A DNA stretch of 63,446 nt, filler included, from Octopus bimaculoides (Eukaryota): assembly GCF_001194135.2 (NCBI RefSeq). It is 3 parts of 2 records of this genome, joined end to end, with 100 filler letters (N's around TTAATTAATTAA, not from the genome) between each part and the next. Parts side by side here need not be neighbours in the genome. Positions count along the whole stretch, not along the records: positions 58,707 to 63,446 come from NC_068982.1; 2 more parts are not named here. One strand, written 5' to 3'. Of this stretch, positions 61,734-63,446 are shown one piece after another; the first letter of the stretch is position 1; every line of letters starts with the position of its first letter. The position numbers were made by a program, and so were the translations under genes. Below the pieces are notes generated by a model. The model saw nothing but the letters and a program-made list of their open reading frames with translations, was not told where the DNA came from and did no database searches.

Positions 61734-63446
61734 TACGTATATATATGTATATATAAATACATATATATACATATATATATATATANNNNNNNNNNNNNNN
61801 NNNNNNNNNNNNNNNNNNNNNNNNNNNNNNNNNNNNNNNNNNNNNNNNNNNNNNNNNNNNNNNNNNNNNNNNNNNNNNNNNNNNNNNNNNNNNNNNNNNN
61901 NNNNNNNNNNNNNNNNNNNNNNNNNNNNNNNNNNNNNNNNNNNNNNNNNNNNNNNNNNNNNNNNNNNNNNNNNNNNNNNNNNNNNNNNNNNNNNNNNNNN
62001 NNNNNNNNNNNNNNNNNNNNNNNNNNNNNNNNNNNNNNNNNNNNNNNNNNNNNNNNNNNNNNNNNNNNNNNNNNNNNNNNNNNNNNNNNNNNNNNNNNNN
62101 NNNNNNNNNNNNNNNNNNNNNNNNNNNNNNNNNNNNNNNNNNNNNNNNNNNNNNNNNNNNNNNNNNNNNNNNNNNNNNNNNNNNNNNNNNNNNNNNNNNN
62201 NNNNNNNNNNNNNNNNNNNNNNNNNNNNNNNNNNNNNNNNNNNNNNNNNNNNNNNNNNNNNNNNNNNNNNNNNNNNNNNNNNNNNNNNNNNNNNNNNNNN
62301 NNNNNNNNNNNNNNNNNNNNNNNNNNNNNNNNNNNNNNNNNNNNNNNNNNNNNNNNNNNNNNNNNNNNNNNNNNNNNNNNNNNNNNNNNNNNNNNNNNNN
62401 NNNNNNNNNNNNNNNNNNNNNNNNNNNNNNNNNNNNNNNNNNNNNNNNNNNNNNNNNNNNNNNNNNNNNNNNNNNNNNNNNNNNNNNNNNNNNNNNNNNN
62501 NNNNNNNNNNNNNNNNNNNNNNNNNNNNNNNNNNNNNNNNNNNNNNNNNNNNNATATATATATATATATATATATATTAAAATACGAGATAGCATTTAAG
62601 AAATAAGAAGAGGATGTAAAAATAGATAGAGGAAGAAACAAAAAAACGTAAAGAAGTTTACAGAAAATATAAACAAATAATACAAACGAACATGTAGCCA
62701 AAGTAGCTATATAGCTAGATAAGTCAGGAATAAAGCAGTCGGTTATTTAAAGGTTCCACAGAAATCATGGAGGAATCGAGGGTCAAGTAAAGCCAAGAAA
62801 TAGAGGATAGTGTTCAACAACCGTAAACTTCTAAACGGAGTTAACAAGGTTTTACAAAAGAACCCCAGAAAGAATACGCACACATACATAAAAGCACATC
62901 TACCGAAGCATATATACGTGCATATAAGTATTAAAATACACACACACACACACACGCACGCACACATACACACACACGCACGAACGCACACACACACACG
63001 CACGTATGCACACACGTACGCACTATCATAGCTGCACTAATATATCTGGGTGCATACACACGCATAGATATTTGTGTACGCACGTGCGCAAGCACACATA
63101 CAAACACACACACGCACACATACGTACGCACTATGACAGCTGAAATAATATATATATGTGCATACACACACGCGCATAGCCATCACACAACATTATATTA
63201 TATATTGTGAACACTTTTTCTTCTAACACGTACTGCTATAGTGTGGACAAAAGGAACCCAGACCTTACCTGATAAGATCATTACTACTTAACACCGCTGG
63301 AGGGAGCACTCCAATCAGTCAACATGTGAAGTATAGAATGTCCTGCAGTGCAAGCTGTATTTCAAATATAAAATATGTTACGTATAACAGCGACATCTAT
63401 ACTTGCTAACTCTCTAGCTATATATGTGTATATGTGCGTGTGTCAG

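Noticed and set aside
8169-62701. Long ORFs in the track (e.g. 13841-15118, 20823-21923, 61581-62606)
   Set aside because: They are open only because they run through N gaps or di-/trinucleotide repeats (HTHT, CVCV, YIYI, poly-X).

Overview
Eukaryotic, AT-rich, microsatellite-saturated draft-assembly sequence with many N gaps. The repeat repertoire points to an octopod cephalopod, plausibly Octopus bimaculoides (inference, not checked). I can support one protein-coding gene: the last four coding exons (minus strand; 57520-57554, 56279-56384, 54768-54863, 51701-52324) of an Lbc-family RhoGEF (ARHGEF18/p114RhoGEF/Cysts-like). These exons splice in frame into a 286-aa coiled-coil C-terminus ending ...ETDIIYF, probably followed by a long 3' UTR. 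The rest is mobile DNA: at least five SINE-like families, R4/Dong-type and RTE LINE 3' fragments, mariner/Tc1 remnants, two copies of a 5'-5' fold-back mariner MITE, Tigger-like and hAT MITEs, a possible Helitron end, and Penelope-like termini. Most interesting: minimal hammerhead-ribozyme motifs in a short repeat, a 146-bp near-perfect hairpin, a ~540-bp unclassified element that sits in (TAA)n beside R4/Dong 3' ends at both loci, a SINE carrying a tandem array of double-hairpin modules, and a CpG-decay boundary near 42.5-44 kb that looks like gene-body methylation. Almost all ORFs in the supplied track are microsatellite or N-gap artefacts. No CRISPR array, rRNA gene or true tRNA gene is supported. 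Family labels A-E are my own working names. Repeat boundaries are read by eye and approximate unless a TSD or TIR fixes them.
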